DNA of 64,000 nucleotides from Actinomycetota bacterium (GCA_018831265.1 JAHJCO010000041.1:33700-97699); one strand, 5' to 3'; positions 51,911-61,574 are shown, counted from the first letter of the stretch. Notes: generated by a model not told the origin, from the letters alone. Made by a program: numbers and translations.

Positions 51911-53191
51911 TCAGGGCCAGTCCGTTATGGTGGTCCGGCCTGCCGGCACCGTGCGCACGCGTTCGTCGTTCACGGGCAGGCGCCTGTAGTGGAGGACCGC
52001 GAGCAGGGTCATGGAAAGGAGCATGGCCAGTATCAGCGCGTAGCCGGGCAGGTGGCGCCAGTTCTGATTGAGCACCGCGTAGATGATGAAGGCGACCAGC
52101 AGGACGCACGGCCATGAGAGCTTGACCACGGCCGCCCTCCTGGCCTTCCTCGTGTCGAAACCATCCCCGCCGACGAAGGTACCCGGGGAGCGTGCGGCAA
52201 GCGCGATCATGACCAGGCAGGCTGCCGCCAGCAGCGGCACGAAGACCATGCTCCTGGTTCTGTGGTAACCCCAGACGGCGACGAAAGGAGCCGCGAAGAG
52301 GAGGAACCCGATTGCCGCCCGCCTCACACGCTCGGCCACAGGGACCTGTACGAGACCCGACTGCCGCAGCTCAGCGACGCGACGCGAGTAGTGGTAGACA
52401 CACTCGAAGCACCCGGCACCCGCCACCATCACCGAGCACGAGAACGCCAGAGCGATGACGACCGCAGGCGCCTGCAGAGAGCCGCCGGGCGCGAGGAGCT
52501 CCGCGATGGACAGCGGCCAGAAGACTCCGTTCGCCGCGAGTACGAGCACTCCCGCCAGGATGAGGGAGGGGTACCACCGGACCTCGCGGAACAGCCGGAA
52601 GCCCGACGCGACGCCGGAGAAGGGATTCCCGGTCCCCTCGTAGACGGCGCAGTGATAGCCGAGGAGGAACGGCGATATCAGGGGCGCCGCCGGCACCACC
52701 GTCGCTCCCAGAAGCACCGAGCCGACGAGGAACCCGACAACGCCGCCGAGATCCGCACGCGCCGCGTCGGGCACCATGACCTCCATGAAACGGGACATAA
52801 GGTAGATGCTCGCGAACGACACCGAGAGGACGATGACACCGAGGGCGAGCGCGGTCGGTATCATCGGGGCGAAGCGGCGGACGGAGCCCTTCAACCGGGG
52901 CCACCCCGCCAGGCCGAACGAGCCCTCCGCGAGGTAAGCGACGGCGAAACCGTAGAGGATCAGTAGCACACCGACGGCAACAACAGCGCACAGCACGAGT
53001 GCGGGCGTGGCGTCGCCGACTCCCGGCATGCGTACCCCGGTGCGGGCCAACCATGGGAGGAGGATCGCCGTGGCGGGCAGCAGCAGTGCCCCCACCGCCA
53101 GAGGGCTGCGGCCGAGCGAGACCAGGCCGTGCGACAAGGTCCGCGCTATCAGCAGGAAGCCTCCACGCAGCCCGAGACCCTCTTCGCCCAT
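51911..53191 (-). CDS. polytopic integral membrane protein, unknown function
   Basis: 426 aa, about 10 TM helices, no recognisable motifs. Confidence 0.5.
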   Translation of the reverse strand: MGEEGLGLRGGFLLIARTLSHGLVSLGRSPLAVGALLLPATAILLPWLARTGVRMPGVGDATPALVLCAVVAVGVLLILYGFAVAYLAEGSFGLAGWPRLKGSVRRFAPMIPTALALGVIVLSVSFASIYLMSRFMEVMVPDAARADLGGVVGFLVGSVLLGATVVPAAPLISPFLLGYHCAVYEGTGNPFSGVASGFRLFREVRWYPSLILAGVLVLAANGVFWPLSIAELLAPGGSLQAPAVVIALAFSCSVMVAGAGCFECVYHYSRRVAELRQSGLVQVPVAERVRRAAIGFLLFAAPFVAVWGYHRTRSMVFVPLLAAACLVMIALAARSPGTFVGGDGFDTRKARRAAVVKLSWPCVLLVAFIIYAVLNQNWRHLPGYALILAMLLSMTLLAVLHYRRLPVNDERVRTVPAGRTTITDWP

Positions 53192-53200
53192 GCTGTATCC

Positions 53201-54637
53201 TCAGTTCAAGACGCGTTCATCTGTACAGACTCCGGGGGAGGGAGCCGGCATCGCGGCCTGGCCCCGCCCTTCCCGGAGGTATTCGTCGATCGAGCGCGCG
53301 GCCCGCCTGCCGTGCGCGAGGGCCTTGCACACCAGCCCCGCCTCACCCGTGCAGTCGCCGCCCGCGAACACGCCCGGCAGGGACGTCATCATCCCCCGGT
53401 CCACCCGCACCCCATCGCGCCCGCCCCGGTCGATGCCGGCCGGCGCGCAGAACTCCGGGGCCCGGGGCCTGAAGCCGAATGAGACCACGACGAGGTCGGC
53501 ATCCAGACTCTTCCCTTCGCCGGGAACGCGCCAGAACTCGGGGGCGCCGTCCGAAGGGACGCATTCGACCCCGGTCAGCGCGACCGCGCGGACGGCTGCG
53601 GCCCCGTCGCCGCGGAAGCGCGTGGGCCCGAAGCCGGGCAGCATCCTGACTCCCTCGGCCCGGGCGACGCGGTACTCCGATGGAGAGCCGGGGCGAAGCT
53701 CCTCGCTCTCCCGGAACGCGCAGGTAACGGGCGAGTAGCCGAGCCTCACGGCGGCACGGGCACAGTCCATCGCGGAGTCCCCGCCTCCAAGGACCACCGC
53801 CTTGCCGGGGCCGCGCCGCCCTTCACCGCGGTTGAACGCTCTCAGGAACTCTTCCGCGCCGAGCACGTTTTCCAGTTCCCTTCCCGGCGCATCGGGAATG
53901 TCGATGGCGTGGTGGGCGCCGGTCGCTATGAACACGGCGTCGTACCCGTCTCTGAGCTCCTGCATGCTCATGGACGTGCCGACCTCCGCGCCGAGCCTGA
54001 ACTCGACACCGCGCCGCTCGAGCGCCTCCAACCGCCGGTTCAACAGGCCCTTCTCCAGCTTGAAGCCTGGGATGGTCGTGGCCGGTAGGCCCCCCGCCAC
54101 GGGCTCCTTCTCCATCACGGTCACCCTGTGCCCCGCCCGGCTCAGGAACTCCGCGCAGGAGAGCCCGGCCGGACCCGAGCCTACGACCGCAACCGATGTG
54201 TCCAGGGGCCGTATCGAGGCCTCTATCTCCGGCATGACACACTCGAGGGCTATCCCGGCCAGGAACCGCTCGGCGTACTGGATCGTGACCGCGCCTGTCC
54301 TGTCGCCGACGGCGCAGGCGCCCTCGCACAGACGGTCGGCCGGGCAGATCCTGCCGGTGACCTCCGGGAGGGGGTTGGTGAGGGCAAGAACCCGCGCGGC
54401 CTCCGTCACGAGCCCCTCCCGCAGCAGGTCCATCCAGGTCGGAATGTCGTTCCCCAGCGGGCAGGAATCGGCGCAGCGCGGAATGCAGCACGTTATACAG
54501 CGCCGGGTCTGCCCGGCCACGGCCACCGGGCCCAGCCCCTGGTGGATCTCGCCGGCGTCCCCGATGCGCCGCGAGACCCTCCTCTCCACGGGCCGCACCC
54601 GCACCGTCTTCTCGAAGGCCGGTCTCCGCCTGCTCAA
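53201..54637 (-). CDS. glutamate-synthase small-subunit (GltD)-like NAD(P)H oxidoreductase (N-terminal 2x[4Fe-4S] + FAD/NAD(P)-binding)
   Basis: ...RCITCCIPRCADSCP...; GxGxxG VAVVGSGPAGLSCAEFL and a second dinucleotide fold. TTG start at 54637 (GGAGAAGGTGGAG upstream) preferred; the ATG at 54715 would overlap the ferredoxin gene by 82 nt. Confidence 0.75.
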   Translation of the reverse strand: MSRRRPAFEKTVRVRPVERRVSRRIGDAGEIHQGLGPVAVAGQTRRCITCCIPRCADSCPLGNDIPTWMDLLREGLVTEAARVLALTNPLPEVTGRICPADRLCEGACAVGDRTGAVTIQYAERFLAGIALECVMPEIEASIRPLDTSVAVVGSGPAGLSCAEFLSRAGHRVTVMEKEPVAGGLPATTIPGFKLEKGLLNRRLEALERRGVEFRLGAEVGTSMSMQELRDGYDAVFIATGAHHAIDIPDAPGRELENVLGAEEFLRAFNRGEGRRGPGKAVVLGGGDSAMDCARAAVRLGYSPVTCAFRESEELRPGSPSEYRVARAEGVRMLPGFGPTRFRGDGAAAVRAVALTGVECVPSDGAPEFWRVPGEGKSLDADLVVVSFGFRPRAPEFCAPAGIDRGGRDGVRVDRGMMTSLPGVFAGGDCTGEAGLVCKALAHGRRAARSIDEYLREGRGQAAMPAPSPGVCTDERVLN

Positions 54638-54933
54638 CTGACTCCACCTTCTCCGCCTGAATTCGCATCGGCGTCCGACCCCGATGCGATCAACGCTCCC
54701 GTGCCGAGAGCACAATCCGCTTCCCAGGCCTGGGTCCTCTCCCTGCGCGCGGGATCCACGCGGACGGCTCCGACCGGGCAGGTGAGCTCGCAGTTGTAGC
54801 AGGTCATACAGTCGTCCCTGTACCTGATCTTCGCCTTGCGGCTTGGCGGATCGAGGTGGATGACGTCCATCGGACAGCAGACGTCACAGTTCCCGCATCC
54901 CAGGCAGAGCTCCTCGTCGATACGGTCTATCAT
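54634..54933 (-). CDS. 2x[4Fe-4S] ferredoxin
   Basis: CLGCGNCDVCCP and CMTCYNCELTCP motifs; 99 aa; 4-nt overlap with the upstream flavoprotein gene. Confidence 0.8.
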   Translation of the reverse strand: MIDRIDEELCLGCGNCDVCCPMDVIHLDPPSRKAKIRYRDDCMTCYNCELTCPVGAVRVDPARRERTQAWEADCALGTGALIASGSDADANSGGEGGVS

Positions 54934-56678
54934 CTTGCCGCTCCCACCTCCCGGATCCGGTCGCTCTTCAGGTCCGGGCCGAACGGGTATCGGTCCAGCG
55001 GCACGTCCTCCCTTTCAAAGGAGGCGCTGCCGTCCGGCTCCCTGCGCACGTTGATCCAGGCGAGCCAGCTCTCGTCGTCGGTTGAAGGGAAGTCCACCCT
55101 GAAATGGTCAGCCCGCGACTCCTGGCGGATCAGGGAGACCCGCAGGTACAGCTCGGCCACCGCGACCATGTTCGCCGTCTCGTGAGCCTTGACGAGCTGG
55201 TGAGGGTCCTCGGCGCTGAGCGCGGGCACGAGCTCGTCCCGGAGCCTCTCGACCTCCCGGAGCGCGCCGGAGAGAGAACCGGCGTCCTTGCACACGGAGA
55301 CACCGTACGGGAAGACCGCTCGCTGGAGCGCCGCGCAGACCCCGTCGGGGTCGGATCCGCCCCGGCACCTCAACGGGGCGAGGGCGCGTCGAGCGAGCTC
55401 TTTCTCTTCCCCCGGGTCCCGGCCGGCGTCGTCGCATGACAGGACGAACCCGGCGGCGGCCTCCCCGGAGCGTTCTCCGGACCACATCGCCCTCATGCTG
55501 GACCACCCGTTGAAGAGCCCCGGGTCCACGGACTGGGACAGCCCCGCCGCGAAGAGCCCGGGGAGGTCGGACATGCAGTCGGTCGATGTCCTGATCCCGC
55601 CGCGCAGGCTGTGGACGGCCGGGACCCACTCCTGGGGCCCGCGGAAGACGTCCACCCCCGTCTCCCTGAGCCGCTCGAGGTTGAGCGGTACCATGTTGCC
55701 GATGCGGTCCAGCAGCATGTGGATGATGTAGCTCGAAGGCTTGGAGGACATGTCGAAAAAGAACGGTGGTCCGTTTCCCTGCAGCAACTGGTCTGCCATG
55801 GCCTGAACGATGTAGCGGATCTCGGCGGAGTCGGCCCGCGGGTGGTACCGCTTCATGAACGGTTGCAGGTCCCGGTCGAGGAATCTCGCGAAGCGCGCGG
55901 CCATCCCCGTACCCTCGAACCCGTAGCGGGGCGAGCCCGTGTTGGACACCAGGAACTCCATGTTGTTCAGGCGGACGCCGGCGTCGTAGGCGAGCTTGAA
56001 CGCGTCACCGGTCACCTGGTCCACGCACAGGTAGTTGCCCCGGAAGCTGCAGTCCGCTCCGGCGAGTATGACCGCCCTGCTCCTGAAAGCGATCGGTTCA
56101 GCGGTGCGGCGGTCGACCCCGACCGCCCCGACCGCGCGACCGCCGCGGACCATGATGCCGGTGATCATCTTGCGCGGGTAGAGATCCACCCGGTGCTCGA
56201 AGTCGGGCGGTGCCTTGACCTGGCGAAGCATCGCTCGGACGACCGCCGATCCGCCCCTGGAGCCCGACCCCTTCGGGACCACCAGCATCCTCGCGCGCTC
56301 GAAGCCGCGGGAGGGGAGGGTGAAGTAACCGCCCCCGGGCAGGCGCATGTACTCGATGCCCCAGGACTCGAGCTTGCGCAGCCGCGAGTAGGAGGTCTCG
56401 AGGATCAGCGAGAGTATGTCCTGCCGCGAGAGGTACGAGTTGGCCCGGGCCATGTCGTCGAGCCACTCGTCGGGCCGGTGCTGCGGAAGGCAGAATATCG
56501 TGGCCCCGGCCGCCATCTTCGACTGGCTGGTGAGACTGATCGCCCCCTTGTCCGCGATCGCTATCCTCTTCACGCCCTTCGAGCGCGCGCTTATCGCCGC
56601 CCAGAGGCCGGCGAAGCCGCTGCCTACTATGAGCAGGTCGCAGTCGACTACATCGATGCCGTCATGGTCCACAGGCAC
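54930..56678 (-). CDS. FAD-binding flavoprotein of the fumarate-reductase/succinate-dehydrogenase/AprA superfamily
   Basis: N-terminus DCDLLIVGSGFAGLWAAISA...; 582 aa; paired with a small 2x[4Fe-4S] ferredoxin, as AprA is with AprB. Confidence 0.75.
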   Translation of the reverse strand: MPVDHDGIDVVDCDLLIVGSGFAGLWAAISARSKGVKRIAIADKGAISLTSQSKMAAGATIFCLPQHRPDEWLDDMARANSYLSRQDILSLILETSYSRLRKLESWGIEYMRLPGGGYFTLPSRGFERARMLVVPKGSGSRGGSAVVRAMLRQVKAPPDFEHRVDLYPRKMITGIMVRGGRAVGAVGVDRRTAEPIAFRSRAVILAGADCSFRGNYLCVDQVTGDAFKLAYDAGVRLNNMEFLVSNTGSPRYGFEGTGMAARFARFLDRDLQPFMKRYHPRADSAEIRYIVQAMADQLLQGNGPPFFFDMSSKPSSYIIHMLLDRIGNMVPLNLERLRETGVDVFRGPQEWVPAVHSLRGGIRTSTDCMSDLPGLFAAGLSQSVDPGLFNGWSSMRAMWSGERSGEAAAGFVLSCDDAGRDPGEEKELARRALAPLRCRGGSDPDGVCAALQRAVFPYGVSVCKDAGSLSGALREVERLRDELVPALSAEDPHQLVKAHETANMVAVAELYLRVSLIRQESRADHFRVDFPSTDDESWLAWINVRREPDGSASFEREDVPLDRYPFGPDLKSDRIREVGAAR

Positions 56679-56679
56679 C

Positions 56680-58197
56680 TCACTCGTTCACCCTGGCGAT
56701 CGCCGCCAGCGCTCGTTCCATCGAAGGGAACACCGGCACCCCTCTCTCGTGCAGGCGCGTCCTCATGCTGCGCAGGACGCCCTCGTAGTGGAGGTCGTCC
56801 TCGCCGCACGCCCGGGAATACAGGACCGCGGCCACAGGCTTGCCGCTGCGCGCGCGCGCTCCGAGCAGGGAATCCACCGACCGCTCGATGCTGTCCGCTC
56901 CGTAGAGCAGGTGCGCGAAGTTGACCGCCAGGTCGAAGACGAGCACGTCGGTGGTGGCGTTTCGCGACGCCTCGTCGATCGTCCGCTCGAAGAGCGCCGG
57001 GGGTATCAGGGGCGAGCCGATGTCGAGCGGGTTGGCGACCACGGTCCCGGCGCGGTCGAGCACCTCGCGCAGACGCGCCCCGGTACCCGCCTCCAGTGCC
57101 GGTACCTCGAGACCCGACTCCTCGGCGATATCGGCGCCCGAGGTCCCGAGCGCGCCGCCACCTCCACAGATGAGGACGCGGCGGCCGGGCCGCCTGCCCA
57201 TGTGCTTCAGGGCGAGCAACACGTCGCACAACCCGTCGATCCCCGAGGTCGTGATCACCCCGCACTGCCTCAACAGCGAGTCCCAGATGACGGGAGAGCC
57301 GGCCAGGCTTCCGGTGTGCGTCTGCACCGCGCGGCCGGCGGACGCGCCGCGGCCCGACTTCCACACGACGACCGGCTTTACCACAGCCGCCTCGCGGACC
57401 GCCTCGAAGAACCGATGTCCGCTCGAGGTACCTTCTATGTAGCAGGAGATGACGGCCGTGGCCGGGTCACGCGTGAAGTACCGGATGAGGTCTATCTCGT
57501 CGAGGTCCGCGGCGTTGCCGTAGCTGACCACGGCGCTGAAACCGACGCCGAGTCCCTTGCCCATCCGGGCGACATGGGCGCTGAACCCTCCGCTCTGCGA
57601 GATGAAGGCCACGTCACCCGGTTCGTGTGAGAAGTCGGGCCCGGGAAGCATGGTGAGCCGCGTGCGGGGGTTGTAGATGCCGAAGCAGTTCGGCCCGAGT
57701 ATCCGGAAGCCTCCTCGCCTGGCGATGCGGAGCGCCTCCCGCTCGAGCCGCAGACCGTCCTCCCCGATCTCTCGGAAACCGGAGGCTATCATCATCACGC
57801 ACCGGACGCCCACCGCGGCGCAATCGCGAAGTACGTCGATGGAGAGGTGCGCGGGAATGGCGAGGTAGACCAGGTCGGGCCTGCTCGGGAGGCTGAGCAG
57901 GTCGGGGTACGCCCGGACGCCGAAGACCTCGTCCTCGTTGGGATTTACAAGGAACACATCGCCGTCGAAATCCATCTCGAGCTGGGACCTGGTGTAGTAG
58001 TAACCGAACTTGGCGGGGGAGTTCGAGGCGCCCACCACCGCCAGGGAACGGGCGTTGATGATCGAGTCCATCTGGCGGAAGTCGAACGGGCGGAGCAGTT
58101 CACCGTCGTCTTCCCGTCCCCGCTCCCCCCGTGCCGACAGGTCCGCCCCTGACCCGGCGCTGCCTGCCTCTGCTGTGTAAATGGAATGACTAGTCAT
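56680..58197 (-). CDS. acyl-/acetyl-CoA synthetase (NDP-forming) alpha-type subunit (CoA-binding + CoA-ligase domains)
   Basis: ...INARSLAVVGASNSPAKFGYY..., succinyl-CoA-synthetase-like flavodoxin domain. ATG 58197 has GGAGG 7 nt upstream, and the start codon sits inside the palindrome GGAATGACTAGTCATTCC. Confidence 0.75.
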   Translation of the reverse strand: MTSHSIYTAEAGSAGSGADLSARGERGREDDGELLRPFDFRQMDSIINARSLAVVGASNSPAKFGYYYTRSQLEMDFDGDVFLVNPNEDEVFGVRAYPDLLSLPSRPDLVYLAIPAHLSIDVLRDCAAVGVRCVMMIASGFREIGEDGLRLEREALRIARRGGFRILGPNCFGIYNPRTRLTMLPGPDFSHEPGDVAFISQSGGFSAHVARMGKGLGVGFSAVVSYGNAADLDEIDLIRYFTRDPATAVISCYIEGTSSGHRFFEAVREAAVVKPVVVWKSGRGASAGRAVQTHTGSLAGSPVIWDSLLRQCGVITTSGIDGLCDVLLALKHMGRRPGRRVLICGGGGALGTSGADIAEESGLEVPALEAGTGARLREVLDRAGTVVANPLDIGSPLIPPALFERTIDEASRNATTDVLVFDLAVNFAHLLYGADSIERSVDSLLGARARSGKPVAAVLYSRACGEDDLHYEGVLRSMRTRLHERGVPVFPSMERALAAIARVNE

Positions 58198-58200
58198 TCC
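58183..58200. promoter_or_regulatory. perfect 18-bp palindrome GGAATGACTAGTCATTCC overlapping the acyl-CoA synthetase start codon (copy 1 of 3)
   Basis: Other copies are GAATGACATGTCATTC at 59397-59412 and GGAATGACAAGTCATTCC at 59665-59682. Confidence 0.7.
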
Positions 58201-58369
58201 ATGACCTCCAACAAAAACCCCGTCATAATTGTACGGCAGTGTTATGTGGCTTATTCTAGCACTTTAAGGGGATATTCCGCAAGAAGAAAATTATAGTGAA
58301 TAATGTCTGGATTGGTGAAGTGCCTATATAGTTACTACATAATACCTCTACGTAGCAGCGTGGGCGGGG

Positions 58370-59215
58370 TTAATCCATGACCTTCTTCCAGTTCGACTTG
58401 GTGGTGAGCTCGAACATCACATCGAGCAGATGCTGCGGGTCCCACTCGCTGTCCAGGTTGACCAGCAGCAGGGCGGTCTCGATGACGCCGACCAGGAAGT
58501 ATCCCCAGACCTGCGCGGTGATGGGCGGCAACTGGCGGTTCTTCACGGCCTCCTCCAGGTCCTGCTGGATGGTCGCCGCCACGATGCCGTATACCTCTCT
58601 TCTCTTGGCCTCGAGGCGCACGTCGCTCTCCACGGTGTGATACATCGCCTGCAGCAGGTCGATGAACTGGGGGTAGTTGATCAGGACCACTTCACCCCTC
58701 GCTCTCAGGCGCTCGAGGGGGTCCTCGATCTGCTCCACCTTCTCCCAGACCCCGGTGAACATCGCCTGGATGACCCTGTCGACGCACTCCATGAAGAGCG
58801 TCTTCTTGCTGGGGAAGTAGAGGTAGAAGGTGCTGTGGCCCACACCGACCTCTTTGGCGATGTCGCTGATGGTGGTATTGTGGTAGCCCTTGCGCGAAAA
58901 TACCTCAACCGCCCTGTCCATTATCTGCGCCCGGCGGCCCATGGACTCGATGGGGAGCCTTTCCCCCGACTCACCCTTTCTCTCCCTCTCCAGGATGTTC
59001 CTGATATAAGAGAGGGGGAACCCCTCCTCCCTCATCTCCTTGATCTCGACCAGCTCCCTGAGGTGGTCCTCGTTGTAGTAGGCCATCGTCTTGCCGGTCT
59101 TGTGGGGTGCGGTAAGGATCCCCTCCCGGAGGTAGTAGTGTATGGTGTTCCTGCTGATCCCCGTCGCCTTCTCGAGGTCGGAGATCCTCAGCGGCGCGCC
59201 TGCCGATTCTTCCAT
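58370..59215 (-). CDS. transcriptional regulator: N-terminal MerR-like HTH fused to a TetR-family HTH + ligand-binding domain
   Basis: LRISDLEKATGISRNTIHYYLREGIL is MerR-type; ...TISDIAKEVGVGHSTFYLYFPSKKTLF... is a TetR HTH. Divergent from the etf operon and flanked by GGAATGAC palindromes. Confidence 0.7.
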   Translation of the reverse strand: MEESAGAPLRISDLEKATGISRNTIHYYLREGILTAPHKTGKTMAYYNEDHLRELVEIKEMREEGFPLSYIRNILERERKGESGERLPIESMGRRAQIMDRAVEVFSRKGYHNTTISDIAKEVGVGHSTFYLYFPSKKTLFMECVDRVIQAMFTGVWEKVEQIEDPLERLRARGEVVLINYPQFIDLLQAMYHTVESDVRLEAKRREVYGIVAATIQQDLEEAVKNRQLPPITAQVWGYFLVGVIETALLLVNLDSEWDPQHLLDVMFELTTKSNWKKVMD

Positions 59216-59396
59216 CTGACCTCCCGGTTTTCAAGCTGTATTATGTATTATCTAATTACTTATACTATACAGTACGCACTGCCTGTCAATAGCTGCGCTC
59301 TCGACAGAACCATTGCTATTTGGCTTATTAATAGCCTTATACCCTCTTTCGTAACCAGTTCCACCATTAGAGATCATCCCGCCGACCATATCTTTA

Positions 59397-59412
59397 GAAT
59401 GACATGTCATTC
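59397..59412. promoter_or_regulatory. palindrome GAATGACATGTCATTC (copy 2)
   Basis: In the ~500-bp AT-rich intergenic region, about 185 bp upstream of the regulator start. Confidence 0.6.
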
Positions 59413-59664
59413 CATCTCCGCAGCCAAGCCGCGAGAAGTGTTGCCCGATCCCGCTTTGATACATAGACAGGGATACGCAGCATCGGCTGGACCTGACGGC
59501 TGCGTGCTATGTAGTGGTTAGGTACTGTAACTACATAATATTGTGTGGGCTTCGGGTTGCAGGACAAGACACAACCTGGCGAAATAATGCAGTCAAACCC
59601 GAGAAAAGCGAAGAATACTATTGACTTTAGTATATTAGAGTCAGTACTATACTGTAGTGTAAAA

Positions 59665-59682
59665 GGAATGACAAGTCATTCC
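59665..59682. promoter_or_regulatory. palindrome GGAATGACAAGTCATTCC (copy 3), ~30 bp upstream of the etfA start
   Basis: Read directly. Confidence 0.65.
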
Positions 59683-59713
59683 ACATCCATAAAGTAAGCG
59701 GAAGAGGGCGAGC

Positions 59714-60745
59714 ATGAAAGGCGAGTTGAACGGTAGCAGTGGCGTGATGGTCTTCGCCCAGTGCTCCGGGGAAAAGGGTATGAACCGGCTTGCCGGAGAG
59801 CTGGCCGGACTCGGGATGAGGCTTGCGAAAGACCTGGGCGAAGATGCGACCGTCGTGGTCTGTGGACCTGGGGCTGAACGGGCGGCGGACGAGCTGGCGG
59901 GGCTCGGGATGAGGACCTGCCTCGTGGAAGGCGCGGAAGCCGTCGCGGGGAGCGGTTGCGTACCGGCGACCGTCGCGGGGCCCCTCTGCCTGAGAGAGCG
60001 CCCGAGGCTTGTGATGTACGGGCATGTTCCCCCCGGCGACGAGGAGGCGGTGAGGCTCGCCTACCTGCTGGGCGCGGGGGTCACCAGCGACTGCACGGCC
60101 ATGGAGGTGTGTGACGAACGCGAGATAGTCCTGAGCAAGCCCGTGTACGGAGGCAACGTCATGGCCAGGTTCAACCCCGAGTCCTATCCGTATGTGGTGA
60201 CGGTGAGGCCGCACGTCGGCGTCGCCCCGGAGCCGGGAACGTCCGTGGTCGGAGAGATCGTACGACTGGAGGCCTCGGATCTTCTGCCCGACGGCGACGA
60301 CGCCGCGCGTCGGGGAGCCACCCTCGTCAGCAGGGAGCAGGTCCCCTCGAACGGGGTGTGCCTCGAGGAGGCGGGCGTGGTGGTGGCCGGCGGCCGGGGC
60401 ATGGGCGGACGGGAGGGGTTCGAGAGCCTGGAGAAGCTCGCGGGACTGCTGGGCGGGGCCGTGGGAGCCTCCCGGCCCCCGTGCGATTCGGGCTGGGCCA
60501 ACTCCGCTTCGCAAGTCGGCATCACCGGGAAGATTGTGGCGCCCGACATCTACATCGCGGTCGCGATCTCGGGCTCGACCCAGCACCTGTCCGGCATGTC
60601 CGACGCCGGGACGATAGTCGCGGTCAACCGCGACCCTGACGCCTACATATTCAAGGTCTCCGACTACGGTGTCACCGGTGACTGGAAGGAAGTGCTCCCG
60701 GCCTTCACGGCGAGGCTCGCGGAGATGAAGCGCCAGGAGGGATGA
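59714..60745 (+). CDS. etfA: electron transfer flavoprotein alpha subunit (EtfA/FixB-type)
   Basis: C-terminal FAD-binding region ...IVAPDIYIAVAISGSTQHLSGM...VAVNRDPDA...; GAAGAGGG upstream. Confidence 0.9.
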   Translation: MKGELNGSSGVMVFAQCSGEKGMNRLAGELAGLGMRLAKDLGEDATVVVCGPGAERAADELAGLGMRTCLVEGAEAVAGSGCVPATVAGPLCLRERPRLVMYGHVPPGDEEAVRLAYLLGAGVTSDCTAMEVCDEREIVLSKPVYGGNVMARFNPESYPYVVTVRPHVGVAPEPGTSVVGEIVRLEASDLLPDGDDAARRGATLVSREQVPSNGVCLEEAGVVVAGGRGMGGREGFESLEKLAGLLGGAVGASRPPCDSGWANSASQVGITGKIVAPDIYIAVAISGSTQHLSGMSDAGTIVAVNRDPDAYIFKVSDYGVTGDWKEVLPAFTARLAEMKRQEG

Positions 60746-60749
60746 GAGG

Positions 60750-61550
60750 ATGGAAGAGCTCGATATCATCGTCTGCGCCAAGCAGGTCCCCGACCCGGAA
60801 GCGCCTCCGTCCTCCTTCAGCATAGACCGGGAGTCGATGTCGGTCGTGCCCCACGGCGTGCCGCCGGTGACGAACCCGTTCGACGAGAACGCGCTCGAGC
60901 TGGCCATACGCATCAGGGAGCTGACCGGTGGGACCATAACCATGCTCAGCATGGGGAAGTCCATCTCGCGGGCGGTCCTGCTGAAGGCGATGGCCACGGG
61001 AGCGGACAGGGCGGTCCTGATCGAGGATCCGGCGGCCGAGGTCGGCCCGGCCGCCGGCTCAGCCACCGCGAGAGTGCTGGCAGAGGCGGTGCTGAGGATC
61101 GGGAGGTTCGACCTCCTGCTCGCCGGCCGGCAGGCGGCAGACACGAACTCTGGCCAGGTCGCCATCGGCCTGTCGGTGCTCCTCGGCATCCCCTGCGTAA
61201 CGCGGGCATCCTCGGTCGAGGTCCGGGACGGACGCCTGCTGGTAGAGCGTACGCTGCCCGACTCGCTGGAGGTCGTGGAGGTCTCGCCGCCGGCGGCCCT
61301 CATAACCGGCCCGGAGGCGGGAGACCTCCGGTACCCGAAGATCGCCGATATCAAGGCCGCAAAGGGTAGGCCGTGTGAGGTGCTCCACCTGGCCGACCTC
61401 GGCGTGGAGCAGTCCGGTGCACCGCGCGTGCGGCTGCTGGACCTCACCCAGCCCGTACGAGAGCGTCGGTGCCGGATGGTTGACGGCGAGAGCGGGGCGG
61501 AGGCGGGCGAGAGGCTGGCCGCCCTGCTGCAGGGAAAGGGAGTTATCTGA
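60750..61550 (+). CDS. etfB: electron transfer flavoprotein beta subunit (EtfB/FixA-type)
   Basis: MEELDIIVCAKQVPDPEAP... is the EtfB N-terminus; 266 aa. Confidence 0.9.
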   Translation: MEELDIIVCAKQVPDPEAPPSSFSIDRESMSVVPHGVPPVTNPFDENALELAIRIRELTGGTITMLSMGKSISRAVLLKAMATGADRAVLIEDPAAEVGPAAGSATARVLAEAVLRIGRFDLLLAGRQAADTNSGQVAIGLSVLLGIPCVTRASSVEVRDGRLLVERTLPDSLEVVEVSPPAALITGPEAGDLRYPKIADIKAAKGRPCEVLHLADLGVEQSGAPRVRLLDLTQPVRERRCRMVDGESGAEAGERLAALLQGKGVI

Positions 61551-61574
61551 GCCGCTCGACGGCGGCTGATAGGA

